A stretch of DNA of 61,497 bases, the filler included, from Globobulimina sp. (Eukaryota), in assembly GCA_003354225.1 (NCBI GenBank). It is 22 parts of 22 records of this genome, joined end to end, with 100 filler letters (N's around TTAATTAATTAA, not from the genome) between each part and the next. Parts side by side here need not be neighbours in the genome. Positions count along the whole stretch, not along the records: positions 42,016 to 44,713 come from PIVH01005296.1; positions 44,814 to 47,511 come from PIVH01005297.1; positions 47,612 to 50,309 come from PIVH01005298.1; positions 50,410 to 53,106 come from PIVH01005299.1; positions 53,207 to 55,903 come from PIVH01005300.1; 17 more parts are not named here. One strand, given 5' to 3'. The position numbers and the translations under genes were made by a program. Below are positions 42,353-54,525 of this stretch, one piece after another; the first letter of the stretch is position 1, and each line of letters starts with the position of its first letter. Under the pieces are notes generated by a model. That model had not been told where the DNA came from and made no database searches. It saw only the letters and a program-made list of their open reading frames with translations.

Positions 42353-44713
42353 GTGCATCTGATCGGCGCAGTATTTAATTGTGCATTTTTATATGGCGGC
42401 AATAACGAGGAACGGATATATTTATGGTTACGGAATCAGATAATAATACCAACGCCATCGCGGATGCACTTTTTAATTGGCCAGTTATTGAACAATTCCT
42501 CACCAGATTCCACATTGAAATATGACACAAATAGAGCTCCGCCATTGGAGCAAATGTTGCGTATCCGACTGGCCTGGCATTTATTTGGTGTTTGTGCGAG
42601 TATTAACAAATCGAATCCATTTTATGTGTTATTGACTGATCCATTGTATTATAAGGACGGATTTGTGATTGGTATGCCAGAGTGCCAACAAATGGCGTTA
42701 TTAAAAGCTATGAAAGGACATTCAGTGTTTATTTGTCCCAACAAACATTTGTATTTTGTTGCAAACTGTGGCGCAACAAAGGAATCTGGAAAATGCTATC
42801 AATGTAATGCAGCAGTTGGAAATCAAAAAAATAATAAACCTCATATTGCAGCGGAGGGAAATAAAAAATTAGGCAGAATTGGCAATAATGGCGAAATAAT
42901 ACCGGATGAATATGGGGCAAACAATGGAGTGGCTCAAATACCATCGGAATATATGGCGACAGGATATATAGACACACGCGGCAACGATGATTGCAGCCGC
43001 AATTTATCCGAAATTGCAGTGTATATCATCAGATGTTTTGTGTTATGTATGTTATGGCTGCATCATAGCGAACGATCATCGGATGAATTCCCCTCACATT
43101 GTCAAGAATTTATGTATGGACATGAATCACTTGAATGCGGTACAAACAATAAACGGCAAAATGATGCTCAATTATCGGTGGAAATTCATGATAAAATTAA
43201 GAAATATATTAAAAAAATCCAAAAGAAGTTAGGAAGGAGCATCGAGGACACTTTTTATGTGTTACATGCAATGATTCATAAATTGTATATCAATTATGAT
43301 TTAATACTGGATGGCGATGATAATGACAGCGAAGCCGCAGCCAAAAAAGATGTACAAAGCCGATTAGAATTTGAAGCATTTTTTATGACTCGCTGTGTTG
43401 AGCCGATTATGCAGAATCTGGACGAGACCATAACCAATGTTCGAAGTGTCGTATCATCGGATACGTACAAGAAATATTGGTCGAAAAGAATTGATATGGG
43501 CTTTACCAATGAGAATAAGAATGATATCGAATTCAAGAAATCGTTTATAAATAGCTACAGTCCGCATTTATTTTTACCATTTCGGCATATCACATTATCC
43601 AACTTTCGATCGTATGTCTTAGCCAACGCAGATCCGGAGATATACCCTGTGACATTTGGCATAATTGACGCATTGGATAACATTGGTTTGTCCATATTTG
43701 CCACACAATATATCCCATCGATAGTGTGTTGGATGAAATTGGTGCATCAAAGGTTAAGTGGTAGAATCTCAAAAAAAGAAATCAATCAAATCGATCTGAA
43801 AACAAATGAATACAAACATAATGCGGAATGGCTGCTAAATAAATGCCGCGAAGAAGAGTTTGGTGACGATAAGAAATGGAATAATGCGTTGATTGGATTC
43901 GTCAATGCCTGGAACGATGTGGCTAAACGTGTTACGACCAAGGAATCGGAGTTAGGCGCACGGATTTTTAATGAGCATATTGTGAGCAAACGGAAACAAA
44001 ATGAAAAAAAAAGGGCAAGCACTAGTTTTTTAGATATCGATGTGGCGGATGAAGAGGAGAAGAAATATGAAGCTGAAGAGGAGGAAGAGGATATTTACAG
44101 CGACGATTTGCAAGAATATGCGCGACGAATTGTAATCCGCTACGAATGTAAAACAGTGCCAATCGCAGTGATTGTGGCAAAAGATGCAAAAGTTGGGATT
44201 AAACCAAATGAAGTACCTTTGAAATTATGTATAAATGCAGTGGAAGGACAGATGGATTCGAGTTTAATGATTCAAGGCATTTTGGATCATTTAGTTGCTG
44301 CAAATCGTGGCATTTTACAGTTTTGCAAACAATATAATGAGAGAGATGAAGATTTGTATGCATCGATGACAGATTTCATTGATTTAACCCATATTTCGCG
44401 AAGAATTGATGTTGTCGATATTAATGAATCCGAATTGTTATCGATATTACAAGACTGTACACAGCAATCCTTAGAGTATGGCATATCATCCTCGTTTGAG
44501 ATGAATTTAGCTTTATTAGAGTCAAAATTGTACGAACGGTATATTATTGGTCGCAAATTAATAAATTACGCCAAAGGGCAACAATTACGGTTTGTTTTTG
44601 CTGGTTATCATGATATTAAGTCGTATGTCGACAGAATCAATGTCAACTTTAGTATCAGCAACAATAAAAAAATCAATATTAATGAACTGAATGAAATGAA
44701 TAATTTATTGTAT
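42353..44713 (+). CDS. RNF213/mysterin-like E3 ligase C-terminal region with an RZ-type zinc finger, partial
   Basis: GMP...FICPNKHLYFVANCGATKESGKCYQCNAAVG...H matches the RZ finger (CPNGH.Y.I..CG......C..C...IG...H). Followed by an RNF213-like region (R.LS, LP.IV.W, AWN). Confidence 0.75.
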
Positions 44714-44814
44714 NNNNNNNNNNNNNNNNNNNNNNNNNNNNNNNNNNNNNNNNNNNNTTAATTAATTAANNNNNNNNNNNNNNNNNNNNNNNNNNNNNNN
44801 NNNNNNNNNNNNNA

Positions 44815-44979
44815 GTGACAGAAGCTGATATTCAATCACTGAAAGATCTTGGATATACTGACGAAGATGTTTTAGAAGCGACAGAGGTAATCGCACTGTT
44901 CAATTTCTTAGATCGTATTGCTGACGCTCTTGGTGCACCTGTGGAAAACATGCGACAGGCATTGTCAAAGCAAGGATGA
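44815..44979 (+). CDS. Bacterial AhpD/CMD-family peroxidase-related protein, C-terminal fragment
   Basis: Translates to VTEADIQSLKDLGYTDEDVLEATEVIALFNFLDRIADALG, the characteristic CMD/AhpD-like C-terminus. Not in the supplied ORF track. Confidence 0.75.
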   Translation: MTEADIQSLKDLGYTDEDVLEATEVIALFNFLDRIADALGAPVENMRQALSKQG

Positions 44980-45428
44980 TTTTACACTTGTGGAGGAGGA
45001 GCAATGGGAGAAAATCCTTGACCTCGACATTTTGAGTCAATCGGCATAAATCGCCGAACCAGTCGGTTATCTTGACACCGAGAACATCGGTCGCGCAAGT
45101 TTCCTCAAACGTTTCAGTTTTAGATAACCATTTCAGAATCATGGGGTCAATCATGGGGCTCTCAATGCATGTCTTTCTCATGTTCCTGTAAAAATAGCTG
45201 CGTTTCATTTAGAGCTACTTAGAAAAATACGCACTAAAGATTGCATCTTAACCCGGCTCTATTAACAAACATTCTTTTGCGCCACTTCCTAACAAAATCA
45301 CCTAACCTGCTTATTCCTCAAGGCAGAATTGTTCCCCTTCTCTTTTGCTATTTTGAATTTCACAACATATAATTAGAAATATGAAATTACATTATTCTGC
45401 AACTTCTACCAGCACTAAGAGGTGTTCG

Positions 45429-45917
45429 ATGGAAATTCAAAGAGTTTGTTCCAAGTTTAAAAATAGCATGAAATTTTTATTAACGATTCTTTTCTTTTTT
45501 GGTTTCGTTGCCATATCAAACGCAAGCGATAATATAAAATGGACAGGATGCGGCATCTCGAGCAAGGCTTTTATGGCAGAGGTTGCCACTGCATATCAAA
45601 AACAAACCGGAACCAAGATAACCCTTAACCCAGGTACTTCAACAAAAGGTATCTGGGATGTAACACTTGGAATGGCAGATGTTGGTGGCAGTTGTCGACC
45701 AGCTCTCGGTAAAGGACTTGATAAAATCGAAGGAAAGACCTATATGACCGTTGTTGCTTGGGACGCGCTGGTTCCCATCGTCAACCCCAAAAACCCTGTG
45801 TACTCAATTACCCTCGATGAACTAAAAAAAATTCTGAAAGGTGACATAGTCAATTGGAATGAAGTGGGTGGCAACAATTCTCAGATACGAGTAATCGCCA
45901 GGAAAGGCCTTGAATAA
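45429..45917 (+). CDS. Bacterial PstS-like phosphate ABC transporter substrate-binding protein, truncated
   Basis: GAGGTG Shine-Dalgarno just upstream of ATG 45429; signal peptide; GCGISSKAF...STKGI.DV..G.ADVGGSCR...VAWDALVPIVNPKNPV.SIT...I.NW.EVGG. Ends abruptly against a eukaryotic ORF. Confidence 0.8.
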   Translation: MEIQRVCSKFKNSMKFLLTILFFFGFVAISNASDNIKWTGCGISSKAFMAEVATAYQKQTGTKITLNPGTSTKGIWDVTLGMADVGGSCRPALGKGLDKIEGKTYMTVVAWDALVPIVNPKNPVYSITLDELKKILKGDIVNWNEVGGNNSQIRVIARKGLE

Positions 45918-47511
45918 TATGCCATTTTGATAGATCAAGTTAAAGGCAAACGGCATGACACAAGCGCGTTGACTGAATAATTCCCGCTCGATTTGCCCCA
46001 TCATTTTCTCCAAATTGCCTATATTATCCGCGTCCTTATCGTCATCCAAACCGACATATTTCTGTGTGATCACCGTCTTATAGTCTTTCTTTTTTGTACT
46101 GCACACTCTCTCCTCTTTGCACTCTGAACCAGAATACAATGGCAATGGTTGCGGTACATTCTCATCACAAAAAGACTCATACATTTCCTTCAAATGCTTC
46201 AATTCAATGCACCGTACATCGATTTCATTCAACTGCTCGAATTCCGCCAATTTCGCTTGGATTATTTTAATATTCTCCTCAATCACAAACGATTTGTCAC
46301 GTTCATTCACTTTATGATAATCCGCAGCTAAGTCCTGTACCAATTGCAATTCGTAATTGCTCACTTCATCATCAATGCTAATGTCCGTCTTTATGGGCTT
46401 GAAATTCTGATAATGTCGCAACAATTTATTCAACTCCAGTTTGACGTGTTTTATTTCTGGCTTTAACCATTGATCCGATATCACGGCGTAATGCAATGGC
46501 GACACACTGCCCAAAGTCGCACGAATTCGGTTTAAGGCCAGGTGCAATTTGACAGTGTCATCGTAATCGGTCAAACCCGCCAATTTGCGTACATAGTGAT
46601 TCTTATATTTGGCTTTATGCTCTTTTCTGATTCTGGACAGTTTCAAATGAGCCCGCAAATGCGCGCCTTTATCCTCCTCCTCTTCCTCTGTCGTGGTGGC
46701 GTTTGTCTCCTCACTCACATCGCTTTTCAATTCATCCCCATTCAGATGCTCAATATTCGGCTTTGATGGAATCGGAATTTGCACCGTATCCACAATCAAA
46801 TCTCGCGTATTGTTGATCTCCTCCAAACATAGGAAACAGCCAAATTGCTGCGTGCGTAGAGTGAGGTTGTTATCATTGATTTTTTGTGTGGTATTATGCA
46901 ATAAATCCAACACTTCGTCCATGATGTTCTCCAATTCGTACACTGGGCCAGATTCGGTGACGCGTTTGTCTTTGTCTATAGTTTCGAACATAATGCCTTT
47001 GTGTTGTTCTTGTAAGATATGGATGGTCTTTTTGTATTCGTCTAAGACCGTTTGCTGTGCCGCAAATTCCTTTTGTACTTCAATGCTTTGTTCCAGACGA
47101 ATGTCTTGGTTTTTATCTGCGAATTTGGCTAAATTGTCTTGTTTGTCTTTCAATTTATCAGCCATGCCACCGAGGTCATAATTGTACTCCATCATATATT
47201 CCAGCATTTTCGTCTGCGGTCTACGTGCAAATTTGTGGATGGATGGCGATAATTCTTCCACTTTGTCTTGCAATTTGTTGGTCCTTTTCTTGTTTTTCTC
47301 CATATTACGCATCGATTTTTCCAACCATTCCGCATCATGCACTGATTTTTGGTACAATGCGTTGATTTTCTTCCGTAAGTCTTGTAGTTCCAAGATGTTT
47401 GGTGGTGGAATGTCATTTGGGGAGATGTATGTTTTTTCAGCAGCAGCAAAAGTTGGCAAAACTTTCTCAATGACAAGTTTTGCCAAGTCAGCAGCAGAAG
47501 AAGGCTTTAAT
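45918..47511 (-). CDS. Long coiled-coil protein, eukaryote-like, partial at both ends
   Basis: Over 500 codons open, E/K/L-rich heptads; no recognisable family. Confidence 0.6.
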
Positions 47512-47837
47512 NNNNNNNNNNNNNNNNNNNNNNNNNNNNNNNNNNNNNNNNNNNNTTAATTAATTAANNNNNNNNNNNNNNNNNNNNNNNNNNNNNNNNN
47601 NNNNNNNNNNNATTTGCCTGCTTATTTTTTGGCAAAGATAACAGCCATTCAATTTTGAAGTTTTTGAGTTAGTACTTTTTTTTATTTTTATCTTTGCACT
47701 CGCATTTGCAGAACGTTTTTCCCAAGGGTTACAGGGTCTTGACCCCACTAGGTTAACAATGAAATTCTTTTTTTTCATGAAAATATTTATACTAACGGGG
47801 CTTTAGCCCCTCGGAGTCAAAATCCGGAATGAAAAAG

Positions 47838-48638
47838 TTAGACTTTGTTTTTAGAACACTGCAGCCGCGGAGATCGAGAGTTTCGCTTTATATTACAAAT
47901 GTCGGTATTATAATATGCAATTACAATCAACATAATCGGTATTATAATATGCATCATATTAACACCATTCACACCACCACCACCAGTCTCTACATGTGAT
48001 TTGGTTTGCATTGTGTTGCTATATCGGATGCTTGGTGCTTTTGATGGATCTTCAAAAGTTGGATAAAGTGTTGGATATTTTGCTGGAAAATATGAAGGCA
48101 CAAAGGAAGGATACTTTGATGGAGGTGAGGTGGGTACAGCTGTTGGGGAATTAGTGGTTGGTATATCTGTTGGAATTATTGTTGGATATATCGTTGGATA
48201 TACCGTTGGATTCATAGAAGGGGCAAAAAATGCTTGACAATACCAGTCACCATTTGTGGCATTATAAATATATGTACATCCACTCTGATCAGGATATATA
48301 ATTTCTAAATCTTGACAAGATGAACTGTCCGATGTTTTACATGAGATATTTAACGTTTGCCAATGGTCAAAATGCACTGCATCTACTCCCGCATCCGTGA
48401 AAATTTTACTTGAACGACAGCCATCCGGCGATACACAGTTTAAATTCATAACAGATGCGTTGGCAATAAAAAAATAAGTATAAATACATGGCAAGTCAGT
48501 GCCCGCTGTGATGGATGGATCGCAATTAAAATTAATTAAATCACTATCCATTAAAATCCATGAACTGTTGCCACAAAATTCGCAATGATTAATGTTTATT
48601 TCTTGACTATTTATGCCATAAAATTGTAAATTAACCAA
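47838..48638 (-). CDS. Cys-rich surface protein with a PT/PS mucin-like stalk and TM helix, partial
   Basis: C-spaced beta repeats (LNCVSPDGC, ISCKTSDSSSC), PT.YPT.IPT repeats, then IIIPIMLIVIAYY. Confidence 0.6.
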   Translation of the reverse strand: MVNLQFYGINSQEININHCEFCGNSSWILMDSDLINFNCDPSITAGTDLPCIYTYFFIANASVMNLNCVSPDGCRSSKIFTDAGVDAVHFDHWQTLNISCKTSDSSSCQDLEIIYPDQSGCTYIYNATNGDWYCQAFFAPSMNPTVYPTIYPTIIPTDIPTTNSPTAVPTSPPSKYPSFVPSYFPAKYPTLYPTFEDPSKAPSIRYSNTMQTKSHVETGGGGVNGVNMMHIIIPIMLIVIAYYNTDICNIKRNSRSPRLQCSKNKV

Positions 48639-48913
48639 ATGAAACGCCGTCTTTTCAGCACCAATTTTAATTATATTGTTTTTTTTTGGTGATTTGCCAT
48701 TGTAAAATATTCATTCACATATTCCACACCATTTATCTGTTTAATGCAATCTCTTTACAGCTATAAAATGACAAACAATATATGTCGCAATTACTATTCA
48801 AGGGACAGATAAATTGTCTTAATGTAGTATTTGATTTCTGACTTAGCGAACTTAATTGGATCTAGTCTAATTAAAAAAATCTCATTGCACTTATTTAATA
48901 ATTTAGAAAACAC

Positions 48914-50309
48914 CATGTCAGCTTCAACTGATGCACATTGGATACATTGTCAAGAAGTAATCAGTGGCAAATATTTCTGGCTCCATTCAAAAACACACGA
49001 AATACGTTCCAATGAGCCATCAGAAACAAATGGTAACGACACAAAAACACCAATATCACGTCGTGGCACACTAACCATTACGAAGACTCTTCCAAAACGA
49101 AAGAGTAGCGCTCCACCGCCACCTCCAAAAAAAGACAAACGACAAAAAGCATGGCCATTTAAAAAGAAAAAACGTTCACAAACAGACGGATCCATCGACA
49201 CCAACAATGACAACCACACATTGCCAAATTACACCGTGTTACACTCAAATAACAGCAACGACGCTAAAAAAAAGTCGCCACCACGAAGGATGCGGGCACA
49301 ATCCACCACAGATGGCGCCAAACCAAATCATACGAAGAGAGTCTCCAAATATGATATCGAATGGAACGCAGACAAGGATTTTATACTAAATGCACTCATT
49401 GGATACAATGTATTAGATATAAATGACTGTGTCGCCGGCAATGAATACATCAAATCAGATATAAACTCATTTTTATTATACAAATATCAATCGATTTGCA
49501 TGTCGCATGTCAAGGCATTTGCGCCTCCTTTGAACCACAAATACAATGAAATGAAATATTTTCGCAACATTCAATACCCGCAATACAAATTGGATACAAA
49601 TCTCAAAATACAACAGATTATCAATCAAAATATTTATTACAATCAAACACCATATTTACGCATCAGAATACCAATCAATATCAGTTTGAACATTTTCAAG
49701 CTCAAAAACCCGCAAAAAACGGAGATATTTAATATCGAACTCTCCAAACAAAATGTATTAAATACCACTGTCTCACAATTTTTCCATTCAATCACCAAAC
49801 AAAGCTCCAGTCTGAACAACGAAGAGCAGATAAAACGAATGTTTCTGAGCCACTCCGTATTGGACGAAAAGCAAAATATGGACAGTGATTGGAGCAAATT
49901 GGCCATCAAAGCCAACGAATTGGAAGAATACATATTTTATTCCACTGATATGAATGATAAAATATGTAATTACGAATGTATACGATATGCGTTATCGCAT
50001 CAATTGGACAAAATGAATGACAACAAATCGTTTCTAAGCTTGGTATATTTGCACGATTTCCACCACAAAATCGAAAATTTGAAGATAAAATATATCGATT
50101 ATACCAAATATCTCTCCGTATATAAGAAATACATCCAAAACACATGTAATATCAAACAACAATTCAGCACAAACTATCCGTGGCTCAATGCTATAAACAA
50201 ACAATTTTTTAGTGAGCAAAACGAGAATAACAACATCTATGAATGGAAAAAGAAATATGACATAAAATATCCACAAAATAACATCGTCTTTTTATCAGAC
50301 TATAAATGT
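48914..50309 (+). CDS. WW-like + Pro-rich + PI3K Ras-binding-like protein (possible class I PI3K N-terminus), 3'-partial
   Basis: WIHCQEVISGKYFWLHSKTHEIRSNEP is WW-like. IKANELEEYIF...ICNYECIRYAL resembles the PI3K RBD motif LKV.G..EY......L..Y.YIR.CL. Confidence 0.45.
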
Positions 50310-50628
50310 NNNNNNNNNNNNNNNNNNNNNNNNNNNNNNNNNNNNNNNNNNNNTTAATTAATTAANNNNNNNNNNNNNNNNNNNNNNNNNNNNNNNNNNN
50401 NNNNNNNNNTTGACTTTTTAAATGGCAATCACTGAACCCATAAACAAAATATTGTGCAAAAAACAGTGTTTATATAGAAGCACAATGGTGTATTGTTATC
50501 ATAAATAATAAGTTAAAAACACAAAATAGGTTGTTCCCTATCCCAGGTATAGACAACCACATTTTGCAACGAAATTCTTTCTCACAAAATAGACTCGGTA
50601 TACAATAAAAAATCACGATTTATGTACG

Positions 50629-51702
50629 ATGTTTATGGACGTTGCCATATACACTGTATTGAAATATTTTTACAATGCAACAACCAAATCCGAGCTCATA
50701 ATATATGCATATATTCGTCACGCACTTTTATTTGTTTCCCGATCGATGCGTAATCACAAGCCAAAATTAGCAAAGTCACTGAGGAAATTTTTTGATGTTC
50801 CTTTAGAGCAAACTGCATCAAATCCTCATGATTTATATAGTTATTTGGATGAACCAAAAGAAAATGACTTTGATCATTCGGAATTACAGGCCCAAACTCT
50901 ACGGAACCTGACTCGTGAAAGGCAATTTTCATATTCAGGAACGGTTCCACCATTAAGACCAATGTATCCAAATCGTTTTTCGCGTGGATCACGAATATAC
51001 GAAACGAATGAGTCGAATGTAACGGTTGAACCACACTCAATAAATAGATTAAAACAAACAGAGAATCCAAGATTGCACAGGATATTATCTGATGACAGTA
51101 TTGACGCTGCATTGAAAATAGGAATTGGTGAAAAAGAGAGGAAACAAATATTCGCATGGTTGGAGAAAGGAGCTCATCGGAATTGGACTGCGGACACTTT
51201 GATGAACCCGAAAACACGAAGAATTTTACACAAATTAGATGTTATAAGAACGAAACAGGAAAAACTGGCAATTCAAAACAAAAATGTGCAACAAAAACAA
51301 GAATGGCTTGTGCCCAAAACGCATCCGCATGGCATTATTGGTATTGATACGCCATTGTTAAATAATAAAAATGATACTGTATACTACAAACAACAAATTA
51401 AAGATAGAATAAACAGAAACAAAATCCAAAACACCGTATCGTCACAGCGGAGAAAGAGAATATATGATAAAAGCAATGCTAATTCTGGTCTTTTATATCA
51501 TTGTCCACAATGCATTTTCGATGAAAAAACTGTTAAACATTCGTTAAATGAAAGACAATTTATGAAAAGAAAAAAAGCATTCAAACATCTCTCATTACAA
51601 GAAACTAAGCAGCGTTTATTTGAAGGAGTTATCGAAGTAAACCAACGAGAACAACGTTTGAGTCAAATTTCTACAAAAATGAATTGTATGAAAGAGAAAT
51701 AG
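50629..51702 (+). CDS. Hypothetical basic protein
   Basis: 357-aa ORF with no recognisable family; true start uncertain. Confidence 0.45.
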   Translation: MFMDVAIYTVLKYFYNATTKSELIIYAYIRHALLFVSRSMRNHKPKLAKSLRKFFDVPLEQTASNPHDLYSYLDEPKENDFDHSELQAQTLRNLTRERQFSYSGTVPPLRPMYPNRFSRGSRIYETNESNVTVEPHSINRLKQTENPRLHRILSDDSIDAALKIGIGEKERKQIFAWLEKGAHRNWTADTLMNPKTRRILHKLDVIRTKQEKLAIQNKNVQQKQEWLVPKTHPHGIIGIDTPLLNNKNDTVYYKQQIKDRINRNKIQNTVSSQRRKRIYDKSNANSGLLYHCPQCIFDEKTVKHSLNERQFMKRKKAFKHLSLQETKQRLFEGVIEVNQREQRLSQISTKMNCMKEK

Positions 51703-51921
51703 AAACACTTTTGTTTTTAGTGTATTTTTTTATTTTTTACTTTAAATACTATTTGGCTCTAATTTGTCGGAGAATGGCAACGTGTTTCTAATTTCGTCAA
51801 GAATTTGGTTTCCCCATAACCTAACCTCCACTGTACATATAATTATAATTGAAGAATTACAAAATAAATTATCAATTTGTCTGAATTTACATTAATTCGA
51901 ATTTACACCCAAATCTAGTAA

Positions 51922-53106
51922 ATGGCGGCAATAAACGAAGATGACGATACCAAATCATTACTAAATAGAAACACTTCAACCAACAAAAAAACAAAACAAA
52001 CAAAGAAAAAGAAGAAAACATTCTGTCAATGGTTATTTTCAAACCCATTTTCCAAATTACCTTTCTTTTATTTTGTTGTTGGCATTGTAGCCGTTCCAGT
52101 TTTAGCAATATACCATTTAATGGATCCTGACGTCGCCTTTATAATTTGCGGTGCTTTCCTCACATTAAATATTTTTGGATTGAAACACTTTCATACTTTG
52201 ATTGCTCTTAAAAAGGTATACAAGAACCAAATAAAATATGCGCTTTCTAGTTTCTACACAAATAAATGTATAAATATATATATGTAGGAAGTGGATAATT
52301 TGGGATGTTTGAACAAAAGATTTGGTGCAGAACACGGCAAATTAAGTATCGAAGTAAGCAGAATTTCCGCCGCCAATACAACATTACGCAACGCACGAAA
52401 TCGCATCCAATCCGCCAATGTGCAAAACCGGGAAAACTTATCACAATTTGGCGAGCTCCAAGAAACAATGAAAAAATTGAACTTAAAAAGCGTAGAAGAG
52501 TTACAAAGCATTGTCGAAAAGGCGAATGGAATCGGCGACAGTTGGCAGAAACAGTTAGTTGAGCACGAACGAAATGTGTTACATACTGTATTTGATAGAT
52601 TTGAATTGCGGAGCGGCAAAAATGGAATGACCCAACAAGAATTTGTCGAGTTTTCAGCTGAATTACCAGAGACTTATCAAACACGGTTTGCTCGCTTGGG
52701 AATTTTTGAGAAGATATCGGCGGATGGAAAGCTTGTGAACTTTAGCTATTTTGAGGTTGTGTTGGACTTATTTGCGGAAATGGATGCGTTTGACTGTGAT
52801 ATCGATTTTTCGATTGAGAAGACAGGCGATGATGGGATGGATGCTGTGGATGATGAATATGAATATTTGCCGCAGTCTACTTTGAGGGTTATACCTTCCT
52901 CTGAGGATTGGGGCGATATTTCGGATATGAAGCGGTGGAAAACGCAACGCAAAATATATGACGATGTACAGAGGAAAATTGTAGTTCATGCGAAACATTT
53001 TGTGTCTGGGAAAGCAAAATCGTTTACGAGTTCACTTGGTTTTAATGTGATTGATGATGTTAAATCTGATGCTGATGAGCAGGAGGATGATGATAAGGGA
53101 TATTTT
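51922..53106 (+). CDS. Two-TM + coiled-coil + EF-hand-like protein, 2 exons, 3'-partial
   Basis: Intron 52216-52287 joins the ORFs in frame (LKK|EVDNL). FDRFELRSGKNGMTQQEF and ADGKLVNFSYF are EF-hand-like. Confidence 0.6.
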
Positions 53107-53206
53107 NNNNNNNNNNNNNNNNNNNNNNNNNNNNNNNNNNNNNNNNNNNNTTAATTAATTAANNNNNNNNNNNNNNNNNNNNNNNNNNNNNNNNNNNNNN
53201 NNNNNN

Positions 53207-53282
53207 TTTTTTTGTTTGAAACTGATTTCTTCGGATTTAAATCAAAAATTTGAGAATCAGTTTCAAACTGAAACCGATACAG
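53207..53282. repeat. 3' end of a probable intron carrying GTTT[G/C]AAACTGA palindromes
   Basis: TTTGTTTGAAACTGA and TCAGTTTCAAACTGA, followed by a ...GATACAG acceptor-like site. Confidence 0.6.
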
Positions 53283-54045
53283 CCAACCAAGCCTTAGCCA
53301 CCGCCTATGGACCGTCGCAGGCAAAATTAAACAAAGCAAAATTAATGGCATCAACCATAAAATGTAAAAATACCGATTTAAAACAAATATTTTCAATGAT
53401 TAAGGATCAATTAAAGAATGATAAGAAAAGTCAATTGCCCGAATCAAGAGACCGGCCACCAATCAAGAGACCGAATCGGATGAATTAATTTGGTACAAAA
53501 CTCAAGAAAATTTCAAATCAAATAATAAGGAAACTGATGCGATTGCAGATAAATTCAAAGATATTTTAAATGGGCCAATTTTGGATTTAGGCCCATTATC
53601 AACGAAACCTTTAAAAGAAATAAAATCAAATCGGAATAATTATAATAAAAAACGTTCAAATAAAAATAAGAAATTGTCATTGGATTCGGAGTTTGATGAA
53701 TTTGAAAATGAAAATATGGCGCCAATGGATTGTAATAAAGATAATCAATCAAAGAAAATGGATACAAATTATTCGCATCCATCGCTAAAGACATATCGGT
53801 TAACAATTGATTCGACGACGTTTTTATTAAATGTTTCCAAATCGGACTCAAAGATTAAAGATGAAATTCGTGGAGAAGTTGCAAGTGCATTTTTTGGTGA
53901 GTTTGGAGAAGAAATCCAAGCTATTTATCGTGGTTTAGTTCAACGTGGATTTGAAATGGATGAAATTGCAGAGAAAATATATAAGATCTCATTGAATTTG
54001 AAAGGGAAAGGAAAGAGTGTTGGAAATGGCAAAACTGAACAATAA
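53283..54045 (+). CDS. Hypothetical low-complexity protein, 3' portion (exon structure unresolved)
   Basis: Successive ORFs 53216-53488 and 53581-54045 with protein-like composition. Confidence 0.35.
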
Positions 54046-54525
54046 AATTTATTTTTTCTTTTAAAATTAGATAAATTATACATTTTTTGTATGTACTTTA
54101 TAAAATACTATTTTTCTTTTTATTTTTATGTATTCCTAGTTTGGATATTGGGTTTTCTATTATTTTTTTTTTGTTTATAAGATATTATTTGTCAAACACG
54201 TGATAAAACAAATAATATTATGTATTAAACGTAGTTTTGTGTATGTTTGGTATTAATTATTTGGTCATGTTGTTTTTTATACATTTTTATATTTAGATTC
54301 ACTTTTTTTGAGCAAATACTGATATAATTTCATAGCTTTTGTGCGAGGATAAAAATAAATAGAGACTGTAGCTTTTGTGCAAGGATAAAATATCAGTTTG
54401 GAAAAGAAAATAAACGTTTTTGTGTATTAAAAATTAATTATTCAAACAAAAAAGAATCAATTTCACAAAATCTAATACAAATAAACTTAAAAACAAACAA
54501 AAAACTAATTTTAAACGTATAATAT

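Noticed and set aside
22690-44713. A physically clustered immune island (caspase-SPRY, Mx-like, MATH, RNF213)
   Set aside because: The genes lie on different contigs that are adjacent only because of length sorting.
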